Assembly (NCBI GenBank): GCA_002104905.1
Contig: MCFE01000016.1
Coordinates: forward strand, 124,001-188,000
Source: Basidiobolus meristosporus CBS 931.73
Taxonomy: Eukaryota > Fungi > Basidiobolomycota
Reading direction: 5' to 3'
Length of the DNA stretch: 64,000 nucleotides
The notes beneath the pieces were generated by a model. It saw only the letters and a list, made by a program, of their open reading frames with translations. It searched no databases and was not told the origin of the DNA. Made by a program: the position numbers and the translations under genes. This document shows positions 1 to 10,720 of this stretch, piece after piece (the stretch's first letter is position 1; every line of letters starts with the position of its first letter).

Positions 1-1541
1 GACCGTTCTAAAATATATTTTGAGGTGCATTCATATTCGCCCTTTTTTAGATTTAATTTCCACACATTTAGCCATGGATCAAGCCCACCAATAGCAGCTC
101 GATAGCCAAGCAACCAGTGTGTAGCCACAAAATGGAGGTTATAACATCAAAGACTATATTTCAAAACGACCATTAATACAAATAAGGTTTTCCATATTAG
201 ATTTGGACCACCGTTTATAAACTCAGTCCGATCCGATTGGCTGTAGTGTGGTACGAGAAGAGTTGTTTCCTGAACTCTAGGACCCAAGAATTTCTTGGTC
301 ATACGAAAAAATGCTTATTTTGTTTATCCATATTCGCTAACCCGAGCAATTACCCAGAAGTTTATTCCTATTGAAGCGATGCTAATCCACCGAACAATCT
401 TCAAGGCGCTTCTATCCCACGAGCTTCCACAATTTGTGCATTACGTACAAGACCAATCGTGAAAATCCCACATTTTCGGCATGCCTGCGCGTTTTTTTCC
501 CAGACAGCTGGTGGAGCCTGAGGGTAGATAAAAGTATGGTGGTATTATTTTTTTGAAGTATTACTACCGTAAGCTGTGCAGAGATGTGCTATTCCTAATT
601 GAATGCCACCTGGTCGTTCGTTTTACTGGTGTATTGCCCAACTGCGATCGCATAACTTCTTGTAAGGCACGGTAGATACCTTGCCACTTTTCCATTCTTT
701 CATGTTTGAGCTGGATAATGATACTGATAATCTCGATATTATGAATTGGGCTAGAGTGAATGACACTATTATGTATTGAATAAGTTGTGAAAATACATTT
801 TGGAATTTTACCACATCTATTTCATTAAAACCGTGTGTTCTGAGAATGTTGTATACCCAGGCTTTCTTAAACGATTTAAACTATTTAGTAGTCACGTTTC
901 TAAAATTCAATCCATGGGTCATCAATTAATAGCCAATTCATCCCCCAAATCTACAATAATCAAATATGGGATATCTGATTCATCATTACAGCATAGCTCT
1001 CTACTCGACCGGATGCCTCTACATTCCATGAATGTATCAAGTTCAGAAGTTTTCAGTTATATAGTCTTGACGGATACGAAAGCGAGAGCAGGGTTCAGTT
1101 GCTGTACTTTTTAGAGCACATGAATTGATTCCCATATGGCGATAATAAAACCTCACAAAATGACTGAAATATTAAAAGTGACAACTTCTGGTCTCATGTT
1201 TAATTGGAGTATATTTGTGGATTTGGGATTGGGCATTTGGCCACATTGCGCGTTTGTTTGAGTCGAGGGAGAGAGTGCAAAAAGAGGAGTAGGAATAGAG
1301 CCTATTCAAGTCAAGGAAACAGAGGGTGGGTTACAAAATTTAGATCTCATTATGGGGGGGGGGGCTGCATTTCCATGCCAAAAAGTCCCAACAGTACCCG
1401 GCAGATGAGGAAATGTTGGCAATCAAAAGGTTTACGGTGAGGGCGGGTGAAGGGACTATGTCCATAGTTACTGACAGTTAGGAGAGAGCGCTGCGAGCAC
1501 GGGTAGATAGAGGAGCAGCAAGTCAAGATGAGGGGGGGGAA

Positions 1542-2717
1542 TCATAAGTGCTTGACCTTGTTGGTGACGTGCTCATACTCCATCAGGTTGGAGTTGATCT
1601 CCTCATATTTGCTGTTCACCAGGATTAGCGTGTGCACCTCCTCCACCTCCACCTCCACCTCCTTCGACACACACTGGGGCCCGAGGATGAAGCGCTCGGT
1701 GCACCAGAGGGCTAGCCTACGTGTGAATGTGGAGGTGAAGGTGAGGGAGGATGTGGACTCGGAGATGGATGCAGAGGGACCGCTCTGAGATTTCTCGTCG
1801 TAGTAGAAGGCGAGGAGATCACGCTTGACAGACTTGACCGCGGTGTGGAGCGCGGGGTCAAGTAGGAAGCACACAAAGTTGACGACCCCTTGGAGTGCGT
1901 TCGAGTACTCCTCCAAGTCGAGGCTGATCTCGATGCCCAGAGTGGGGGCGCACAGGTAAAGAATACGGACGACCATGGTGGGAAAGCCGACGATGAACAT
2001 CGCCACAGGATACATCAGTATATGTATGATGGCCTGACGGACTGCCTTCCGGGCCAGAAACTCGGAGCTCGAGACGATACCAACCTTCTTGCCGCCCAGC
2101 ACGGCATCGGTCTCGTTCTTCTCGGGCCCTGGAATGCCAAAGGGATGGAACTGAACGACGGCACGGGTGGTCCGCACGAGCTTCACCACAATCATGATGC
2201 AGATGACCAGTGTGTAGCAGAGGATGAGTGTGAACAGGACAAAGATGGTGAGGGTCAGTAGGTAAATTCTCACATCGCCAAAGAAGATCCCCCCGATACA
2301 CTCTGAGAGGATGGCAATGGCGAGCACAAAGATCGGTGGCGCGGCAAAGTAGATAGCTTGATGGTTGATCATCACTCGGACCTGGTGGACCAGCACGAGT
2401 TGCAGGTTGAGGACGATTTCAAAGGTGTACAGGATGAAGGTGAGCAAGGCCATCTCACCAATAACCGAGCTGATCTGGAATAGATTTGCACGATCGTGGA
2501 TGTTTTGGTCAAGGCTTCCGTCGTTTGCATATATCTGGACAAGCCTGAAGGCATGCCGCATTACATCGCAGATCGCACATAGCCCTACCAATCGGAACGA
2601 GATTCGCTCAACCAATTTCCTTTGATATAGCCAGAAGCCCAACATGGTAGTAACCATGACTACCGAGCAGAGGATCGAGAGAATATTGAAGACGGTGAAT
2701 ATAGTCCAGTTAAGCAT
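1542..2717 (-). CDS. 7-TM GPCR-like protein (cAMP-receptor-like/Git3-like family), left copy, 391 aa, intronless
   Basis: Seven hydrophobic segments, with the motifs ERISFRL..CD (TM2), ILMYP (TM6) and QGVVNFVCFLLDPAL (TM7) typical of fungal CAR/Git3-like receptors. Start taken at ATG 2717 because similarity to the right copy begins there; the 37-aa upstream extension in the ORF track is not conserved. Confidence 0.8.
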   Translation of the reverse strand: MLNWTIFTVFNILSILCSVVMVTTMLGFWLYQRKLVERISFRLVGLCAICDVMRHAFRLVQIYANDGSLDQNIHDRANLFQISSVIGEMALLTFILYTFEIVLNLQLVLVHQVRVMINHQAIYFAAPPIFVLAIAILSECIGGIFFGDVRIYLLTLTIFVLFTLILCYTLVICIMIVVKLVRTTRAVVQFHPFGIPGPEKNETDAVLGGKKVGIVSSSEFLARKAVRQAIIHILMYPVAMFIVGFPTMVVRILYLCAPTLGIEISLDLEEYSNALQGVVNFVCFLLDPALHTAVKSVKRDLLAFYYDEKSQSGPSASISESTSSLTFTSTFTRRLALWCTERFILGPQCVSKEVEVEVEEVHTLILVNSKYEEINSNLMEYEHVTNKVKHL

Positions 2718-3176
2718 TTTTCTCGTTAGTGATGCAGAGATGCTTGTCGTTGTATGTGTGCCGTATCCATGAACCTTTATATGCCACTCCACTCCATTCC
2801 ATCTCAAACCAACACACACAACTATCACTAACCATATTCCAAGAACCCAAATTCCTGTATCACAGTCCTACTTGAAATTCGCTAAATGACTAGCAGTGTA
2901 GTTTGATTTGCAGTTCATCTGGGCTGATTTCGGGAAATATATGATAGATTTACTGCTTTTGATATGGTTAGACGTTTCACCTGAAAAATTCACACATATG
3001 ATTCCAAGAATTTATGATTGAAACATGGCATGGGTCAGATTGATTCCGAGAAATATTTCGCCCAAACAAGTCAAAAGTCTGAATATATATATCCCACACT
3101 TGTCAAAGCATTTCGAATTAAACATACACTTGCAAGTTGAATTTGAACCTCTGCCTCTACATCACTAGCGAAGAGA
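2718..3176. promoter_or_regulatory. Shared bidirectional promoter of the GPCR pair
   Basis: Lies between two divergent ATGs. TATA-like ATATAAA on the minus strand at 2776-2782 and TATATATA at ~3084-3091 on plus. Repeated TTCC(A/G)AGAA at 2837, 3002 and 3044, plus a variant at 2928. Confidence 0.6.
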
Positions 3177-4352
3177 ATGCTTAACTGGACTATATTCACC
3201 GTCTTCAATATTCTCTCGATCCTCTGCTCGGTAGTCATGGTTACTACCATGTTGGGCTTCTGGCTATATCAAAGGAAATTGGTTGAGCGAATCTCGTTCC
3301 GATTGGTAGGGCTATGTGCGATCTGCGATGTAATGCGGCATGCCTTCAGGCTTGTCCAGATATATGCAAACGACGGAAGCCTTGACCAAAACATCCACGA
3401 TCGTGCAAATCTATTCCAGATCAGCTCGGTTATTGGTGAGATGGCCTTGCTCACCTTCATCCTGTACACCTTTGAAATCGTCCTCAACCTGCAACTCGTG
3501 CTGGTCCACCAGGTCCGAGTGATGATCAACCATCAAGCTATCTACTTTGCCGCGCCACCGATCTTTGTGCTCGCCATTGCCATCCTCTCAGAGTGTATCG
3601 GGGGGATCTTCTTTGGCGATGTGAGAATTTACCTACTGACCCTCACCATCTTTGTCCTGTTCACACTCATCCTCTGCTACACATTGGTCATCTGCATCAT
3701 GATTGTGGTGAAGCTCGTGCGGACCACCCGTGCCGTCGTTCAGTTCCATCCCTTTGGCATTCCAGGGCCCGAGAAGAACGAGACCGATGCCGTGCTGGGC
3801 GGCAAGAAGGTTGGTATCGTCTCGAGCTCCGAGTTTCTGGCCCGGAAGGCAGTCCGTCAGGCCATCATACATATACTGATGTATCCTGTGGCGATGTTCA
3901 TCGTCGGCTTTCCCACCATGGTCGTCCGTATTCTTTACCTGTGCGCCCCCACTCTGGGCATCGAGATCAGCCTCGACTTGGAGGAGTACTCGAACGCACT
4001 CCAAGGGGTCGTCAACTTTGTGTGCTTCCTACTTGACCCCGCGCTCCACACCGCGGTCAAGTCTGTCAAGCGTGACCTCCTCGCCTTCTACTACGACGAG
4101 AAATCTCAGAGCGGTCCCTCTGCATCCATCTCCGAGTCCACATCCTCCCTCACCTTCACCTCCACATTCACACGTAGGCTAGCCCTCTGGTGCACCGAGC
4201 GCTTCATCCTCGGGCCCCAGTGTGTGTCGAAGGAGGTGGAGGTGGAGGTGGAGGAGGTGCACACGCTAATCCTGGTGAATAGCAAATATGAGGAGATCAA
4301 CTCCAACCTGATGGAGTATGAGCACGTCACCAACAAGGTCAAGCACTTATGA
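3177..4352 (+). CDS. 7-TM GPCR-like protein, right copy, 391 aa, protein identical to the left copy
   Basis: Base-by-base comparison with the reverse complement of 1542-2717 shows 3 differences, all synonymous C/T (3684/2210, 4076/1818, 4280/1614). Confidence 0.8.
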   Translation: MLNWTIFTVFNILSILCSVVMVTTMLGFWLYQRKLVERISFRLVGLCAICDVMRHAFRLVQIYANDGSLDQNIHDRANLFQISSVIGEMALLTFILYTFEIVLNLQLVLVHQVRVMINHQAIYFAAPPIFVLAIAILSECIGGIFFGDVRIYLLTLTIFVLFTLILCYTLVICIMIVVKLVRTTRAVVQFHPFGIPGPEKNETDAVLGGKKVGIVSSSEFLARKAVRQAIIHILMYPVAMFIVGFPTMVVRILYLCAPTLGIEISLDLEEYSNALQGVVNFVCFLLDPALHTAVKSVKRDLLAFYYDEKSQSGPSASISESTSSLTFTSTFTRRLALWCTERFILGPQCVSKEVEVEVEEVHTLILVNSKYEEINSNLMEYEHVTNKVKHL

Positions 4353-5252
4353 TTCCCCCCCCTCAACTTGACTTGCTGCTCCTCTACCTACCCGTGCTCG
4401 CAGCGCTCTCTCCTAACTGTCAGTAACTATGGACATAGTCCCTTCACCCGCCCTCACCGTAAACCTTTTGATTGCCAACATTTCCTCATCTGCCGGGTAC
4501 TGTTGGGACTTTTTGGCATGGAAATGCAGCCCCCCCCCATAATGAGATCTAAATTTTGTAACCCACCCTCTGTTTCCTTGACTTGAATAGGCTCTATTCC
4601 TACTCCTCTTTTTGCACTCTCTCCCTCGACCCAAACGAACGCGCAATGTGGCCAATGCCATATCTCAATAACACTAAAGCTCACTAAGTAAATATCCTAC
4701 AATCTCATTCATTGTAAGGTGCGATCGTAATCACAAACGGCTATTTGTGTATGCACGTGGTATTAATCTATTTATTATGATTTACTTCCAAGACAAAATC
4801 TTATAACGCGTTATGTATATTGCAGTGTTTAGTTAAAGTGATGTTAGCGTACCGTTGGTAAATGCCCCTTCGTCCATTATGCCATAGTAATAATTCTAAT
4901 CGAAAGCATGTTCGTGAGTATGAGTAATAATGTATAGTAACTGGTTGTATCTGATATCATCTCAGTGCTTTCCATTTTAGGTAGCCAACCAAGATGGGTT
5001 CCAACTTGAATATACAAAGATTCTATGAGCATAATTATTCGAATGGGAAAAGATGGGAAAACACCCAAAACGGATGGGCTCATTCTGGTAAAATGATGCA
5101 ATCACGCGAGGGGCATAATATAGCCATTCCGCTTTTGGAGCAAAATTGATGAGCTAATGCCAAATGAATTTTTTATTGTATAGAAAGTCAATTGCAAGAA
5201 CAGGCTAGGTAAAATTAGCGTAAACCTCTGTCCAACGATAAGTTTATTTTCA

Positions 5253-6621
5253 ATGAACAAACAAGATACTGCCACTAGCACACCTTCCCCCACTGACGCT
5301 ATGCGTAACCTGTTAGTTTTCTCTGGCTCTTCGCACCCCGATCTTACCGAAGCAATCTGTGCTCGTTTGGGGGTTGAGATTGCGCCCTCCAATTTAGGGA
5401 AGTTCTCTAACGCGGAGACCAATGTTGAAATTAGGAAATCCGTTCGTGACCAGCAAGTTTACATAGTGCAGTCTGGCTCTGGCAAAGTAAACGACAACTT
5501 TATGGAACTTCTGATTATGATATCTGCTTGCAAAACTGCTAGTGCAAAGAAGGTGACTGTGGTTCTTCCTTACTTTCCTTATTCCAGACAGCCAGATATC
5601 CCGTACGCCAAAAGCGGGATTCCCGTCCGGAAAAGTGCTTACGTAGGCCTTCGGGACTCCCCCAACCTTTCCAATGTCGTTCTTTCACCCGCTGTCGATC
5701 CAACAAATAAGGATAAAGATTCTGATGTTCCAACCGAATTACTCCTTCCCTCTGTTGCTCCAATGAGCTCTATTTCTTCCATTTTGAACAGTAACATTTC
5801 GGAAAAGCCCTTGCCTACAGCGTCCCCAAGAATTGCGGCTATTAGTCAACAAAAGAATTCTACCGTCCACGATCCGGTTGACAACCGCTGGGTTAAACCT
5901 GACGGTGCTTACAAACACTGGGTGGCCAGATCTGGTGAGCTTGTGGCTAATCTACTCATCGCAGCTGGTAAGGCCGATAGTACTCCTCACCGCAGACTCG
6001 CCTACTAACATATCTTTCACAGGAGCTGACCACATCATTACCATGGACCTGCACGATCCTCAGTTCCAAGGATATTTTGATATTCCAGTAGACATGATTA
6101 GCGCTGAATCATCTATTCTTGATTACATCAGATCAAAAATACCCAACTACAAGGACGCAGTGATTGTTTCCCCTGATGCTGGTGGTGCTAAAAGAGCCAC
6201 CTCAGTAGCTAACCAACTAAACCTTGACCTCGCACTCATCCATAAAGAGGGAAAGACCAACGAAGTGTCGCGTATGTCCCTCGTAGGGGATGTCAGCGGA
6301 AAACCTGTGATCATCATCGACGACATTGCGGATACTTGTGGCACACTAGGACTTGCCACTGAGCTACTCCATCAAAGAGGCGCTACAGAAATCTATGCAG
6401 TGGTTACCCACGGAATTCTCTCCGGCAAAGCCGTCGAGATCATCAACAAATCACCATTGAGCCAAGTGGTGATCACCAACACCGTTCCTCACGAAGAGAA
6501 AAAAACCACATGCAGCAAACTACGTACGATTGATGTATCTGGGCCGTTCGCCGAGGCCATTCGAAGAATTCACAACGGGGAAACCCTTGCGCCTCTATTC
6601 AAAAAGAAAGCCTATAATTAA
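5253..6621 (+). CDS. PRS5: Ribose-phosphate pyrophosphokinase, Prs5-type; exons 5253-5967 and 6023-6621 (437 aa; alternative start at 5301)
   Basis: [23 protein letters not shown] followed by a ~100-aa Ser/Pro-rich insert (NHR5-1-like), AAG|[20 protein letters not shown] and [11 protein letters not shown]. Intron 5968-6022 (GTAAGG..TACTAAC..CAG) joins the two ORF-track frames in phase. Confidence 0.93.
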
Positions 6622-7140
6622 TGTCGGATGCTTTGTATTGAGACCGGACCATAGTGGAACTTCTAACCACAAATTTTCCCAACCTTCCCTATAACCTCAT
6701 CCTGTCAACCTAACCCGAACCGGAGTCACGTTTGGGATTCTTCCAATGTCTACCATCATAACAGGAATTAAACACACCATCTGGGCTATTGTCGAGAATC
6801 TCATCGAGTCCTAGTCTATTTTCTGCCACATGGGTGGATTGCTGCCATCACTATGCTGGAGCGAGCTTGATCGATCCCACTCTATCTCAATCAAGCAGAG
6901 CCATATATATCGATCAATAAACCGTAAAGATACATTTTGTTTGAAGTGCTTCGGCGAGGAGGGGGCATTATTTATTATCAGATTTACATTCAAGAATGCG
7001 GCTTGGCGCACGAAGCGGCCACAGAGCAACATGGGAAAACTGGATGGCATCAAAAAGCAACAATGTACATTGGTTTGGTTGATGGGTCGGTTAACATTTT
7101 AGATTACTTATATGTACAGGTGGTTTACTCTCAAATCTCT

Positions 7141-7365
7141 CTACGCCTCCTCAGAATTTATCTCTGATTCTAGATAGTTGCGGGCCTCCATCTCTTGCTT
7201 GGCATAATAGTAGATGTATTCAAAGTCAAGATTGGGCAGGCTTTCTAGATTTAGGGTCAACTGAGGATCATCATGATGCGTGAAACGGCCGGAGTCTATG
7301 GGGGCGGGCTGGGTAAGCGTAATCAAGGCAGAGAAAATAATGAGGCAGGGGGCGAGAGCGCGCAT
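7141..7365 (-). CDS. Small putative secreted protein, 74 aa (MRALAPCLIIFSALITLTQP-APIDSG...)
   Basis: ATG at 7365 followed by a classical signal peptide shape (basic residue, hydrophobic core, cleavage before AP). CpG retained as in neighbouring genes. No recognisable domain; a further exon cannot be excluded. Confidence 0.55.
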   Translation of the reverse strand: MRALAPCLIIFSALITLTQPAPIDSGRFTHHDDPQLTLNLESLPNLDFEYIYYYAKQEMEARNYLESEINSEEA

Positions 7366-9199
7366 TGTCGGGAGATTCGGTAATCCACTGAACACCTTAA
7401 TGGATCTTTATATACAACCAAATTGAGTTTGAAATTTGGCGTTCATGGTTGAATTTTGAGTGACGTTGGGAGATAGGTACGATTCCACCGATTGCGCCCT
7501 AGGTTTCACCACTGACATCAAGGGTGTGCTACAATCATAACTTCCGCCTCAACAGTTGGACTCCATTGAAAACATTCCATATATTTCCACTTAATATGCC
7601 GCCGGATATGCGATTGGCTCATCGACTAATTTTGTCTTCCGATATGCCAAGTTTCTTCTGAATTTGTCACCCAAGTCGAACAAAAATCAGGATTCGTACG
7701 ACATTCCGTATGATCTATAGCGCCTTTCTAGTTCATACTGGCTGGCATATAAGCCCATTCATGAGTCAACCTTCGGGCTGGTGAGATTTATCGCTCATCC
7801 CAAATCGTTCATCTGATGTTGTTTTGGATTAGTGATGCTATGACCCTCCACAAGCCCCACTTACGCATCGGCGTAGTTTACTGTGGTTTAAATAGGGTTT
7901 GTGCTTGATGGTGAATGCGATAGGAGCCCAAAGTGGAAGGCATGATCACGTAGTATTACCACGTTGCAGATGTCCATTACTGGTGTTGAAGTGTAGGCTT
8001 GTGCTCATGCTCCTGTTGGGATATGGCATGCCATACTAATGAGTGCCGAAGAGCATACGTTTTACTATAGGCATACATAGATTGCATTGTCTATGAACTA
8101 AGAGTACCAGCCACCTTATGGGCTCAGAAAAGCCTACGGGATAGGCTATTGAGTAAGTACACACACATATGAAGGGCGCCATGGCGCTGTTTTCCCTGCC
8201 CCTTGGCTCCTGGATGCATGATATATTGCTGGTTACTATTGGATGTTGATACATTCTCCAGCTGCAACCTGCCATGGTGATTTCTACTCTATCAATCACT
8301 ATTCTTCAGATCATTTGCGCACGCGTTCACGGCGGATATTCCGTGGTTACATGGCACGGGTTATTAACGCCTTGCAGGTATCTGTCTGGCTAGATCTTGA
8401 TGTGTGTGGTACACAGACTGTACAACTGTGGGTAAGAGGTCGACCACCATTCTGTCGCTTTATGTGTCGAGTGAGTCAATTCACAGGGTACAGACGGGTA
8501 CAATGCCCTCACACGAGTGAGAAACCTCGGAGTATTAACAATTTATGCCCCCACAGATCCAAATACCCGAATGACTTGGCCACAAACCATTGAGATCCTG
8601 AGGAATACTTGGATTTCCTCCCCAAGTACAATGGACTCCAATAGTCACAGTCATTAAACTTTAAAGAATGTAAGCTTCGCCACATCATTGTTCTACTTGA
8701 GATCTGATGCGAAACAAGGTCTTTGGAAAAGTTATGTGACAACTTCCAGTACACAAGGAGCCAGACAAGAAATACGTTGCCTTTGAGGTTGTTGTTGGCC
8801 TAAACAGATCTCCTAAAATACTCCATCACGGCAGTACCAGTGCATTTGTACTTGAGAATCATTGATTTCTCTCAGGTATCTGAAACCTTACATGGTACTT
8901 TTAGTCAAGCATGGAATGGTGTGTATTGCTAGCTTTGCCTGTTTCAGTTTGTAGAAAATGTGCAGTACGCTTATTCAGCATGATAGTGAGATAGATCAAT
9001 GACAGTGAAGGAGGTGGTGAACAATCGAATGCTTAACGTTTCACAATGTGTTGTGGTGATCAAATTGTCAAAGGATACGGGGTTTGCAAGGTTGACAGTT
9101 GTTGAGGAGCACTTCACATCTTTCATTCCAAGATCAACAAACTAATTGGCGAAAAAGACATATGGAAAAGCGAGCAATATCCTTTTGGCAGCCAGCAGC

Positions 9200-9980
9200 C
9201 TTTGCATGCCCTCTAAACCTGCTATCTGCACACAAGCTGTTTGCCAAGCATTCAAGTGGTTTCTCAAGTGATCTTTTCTAATCAGCAACAGCATGCTACT
9301 AAATCAATTACCTGATCCTCTCCGATCCATATAGCCCCTTCCATGCACCCTAGTTGGGCCAGCGAAAGTGATGGATTTTAGTAACTCCACTAAATAAATT
9401 CCTATTGTTTCTGAATTTGGATTCTACAAGCTGTTTGCTTGAAAATACAATCACTGAATGGTATTGATCATAGGTTTTGACTTGGTATACTGCTAAATGT
9501 TGAACTGCTGACCTCAGATCCCGTTTGTGAAGTATCAGCTTCCTCATTGAATTGGAAAAATACTTGAAGCCATCAGAACTATCAATATTGTCAAACTGAT
9601 CTCAAACCATGCCCACCTCCAAGCACGCATCTAAAACCAGTCTACCGGTCAGTTTAACAAAGCTATCCTAACACTATTCATGCAATTTGAAAAGTTGATA
9701 GCTCACAAGCGAATATTATACTAATATTGCTGGGTCTTTGAAACAAAGCAATGTATAATCCCATTGTAGCATCAGAATCCACTACTCTCCTACGTTTTTA
9801 GGAAGGCATTGTTCTTCCATAACAATATCCCAAAGACCTCTTTCCTGTAGCAGCATCTTCATCTTCATCTTCACCTTCCAGACTTGGTAGTTAGATCCAT
9901 TCAACTATTCAACAGAGGGAGAAGTTCCAGTTACAGCAGTAGTAGACATTGCTGAGAGTGACAGCTTGGGGCTCATAACC
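9200..9980 (-). mobile_element. Ty1/copia family A 5' internal remnant (PBS plus degraded gag)
   Basis: PBS GGTTATGAGCCCC at 9980-9968. Gag start DGSNYQVWKVKMKM..LLQERGLWDIV matches the copy at ~49900-50060. Left boundary approximate. Confidence 0.8.
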
Positions 9981-10330
9981 TGTTGTAAGAGTCTTGGAGA
10001 TATTGGAAGTGATTGGGAGAACAAGTAAACTTTGTGGCTCTCACTTAATGATTCATTGAATGTAGAAGTGGTATTTATACTTTTACATGGTCTTAGCATC
10101 AAAGACACCTAGAATAGATTCAAAAGGTCCCAAGAGCATGTGTGTAAAGTTTGGGGCTGTTTGAACAGCTTTGAGAATTTTCATGTTCAGGCTACCTGAT
10201 TTTTTGATGAAAAATATTTCAAGTAAATTGCAAAAAAGAATTTGGTCAGGTATTCTATGTGATTTGTAGGTCATGATCTAAGTGAATAAATTTGGTCAAT
10301 AATTAGGTGGAACTACAAGCTTTTTCAACA
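9981..10330 (-). mobile_element. Copia family A LTR flanked by an RNase H 3' end on one side and a PBS/gag on the other
   Basis: TGTTG..CAACA termini, homologous to the LTRs at 19402, 46451, 50077 and 60943. Confidence 0.9.
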
Positions 10331-10720
10331 CTCCTACACAACTAAATATGCACAATAACTAATCCTTATTGTGATCTAAGATATTCAAATTTGTCTCTAG
10401 CTAATGGTCTGATAAGTATGTCTGTAATTTTTCAACCTGTAGGACAATGAGCTAAATCAACCAAGTTATTCACTATATCTTCACCTATGAAATGATACCT
10501 AATATCTACGTGCTTAGTTTATGCATGAAAGGTTGGATTTTTACCTAATTGTTTACATCCTTGATTATATTGAAATGATATACTAGCGGCTTTTTGACAT
10601 AGGCCTAAGTCTACAAAAAGCTTTCTGAGCCACATTGCCTCCTTTGTAGCTTCACAGGCTGCCATATACTCTGCCTCTGTGGCTGAAAGTGCTACAATTA
10701 GTTGCTTTCTTGAATTCCAT
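10331..10720 (-). mobile_element. Copia family A 3' internal remnant (RNase H and PPT)
   Basis: Minus strand encodes VALSATEAEYMAACEATKEAMW and ..TDILIRPLARDKFEYLR, ending in a purine tract next to the LTR. Confidence 0.85.

Larger units (their letters stand above)
1232..4659. repeat. Long inverted repeat: arms ~1232-2717 and ~3177-4659 (~1.48 kb, ~99% identical) around a 459-bp spacer
   Basis: Arms are reverse complements over the whole CDS plus ~310 bp of 3' flank. Weak residual similarity extends ~22-45 bp into the spacer. Confidence 0.97.

Noticed and set aside
1-1200. ORFs 623-814 and 800-1114 and other frames in the first 1.2 kb
   Set aside because: No recognisable motif and no consistent spliced model found.
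2718-2828. 37-aa N-terminal extension of the left GPCR in the ORF track
   Set aside because: Depends on a non-ATG start, is absent from the right copy, and overlaps the TATA-like element.
1232-4659. Possibility that the inverted repeat is a read fold-back artefact
   Set aside because: The arms differ by several substitutions and indels and enclose a unique 459-bp spacer with residual diverged homology. Unlikely, but still needs spanning reads.
1204-4684. Paired small ORFs (147, 123, 86, 60 aa etc.) overlapping both GPCR copies
   Set aside because: Alternate-frame or antisense by-products of a GC-rich CDS, duplicated only because the arms are duplicated.
4755-4814. CACGTG E-box and ATAACGCGTTAT palindrome (MCB core) upstream of PRS5
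   Set aside because: Single short motifs are expected by chance; no supporting evidence.
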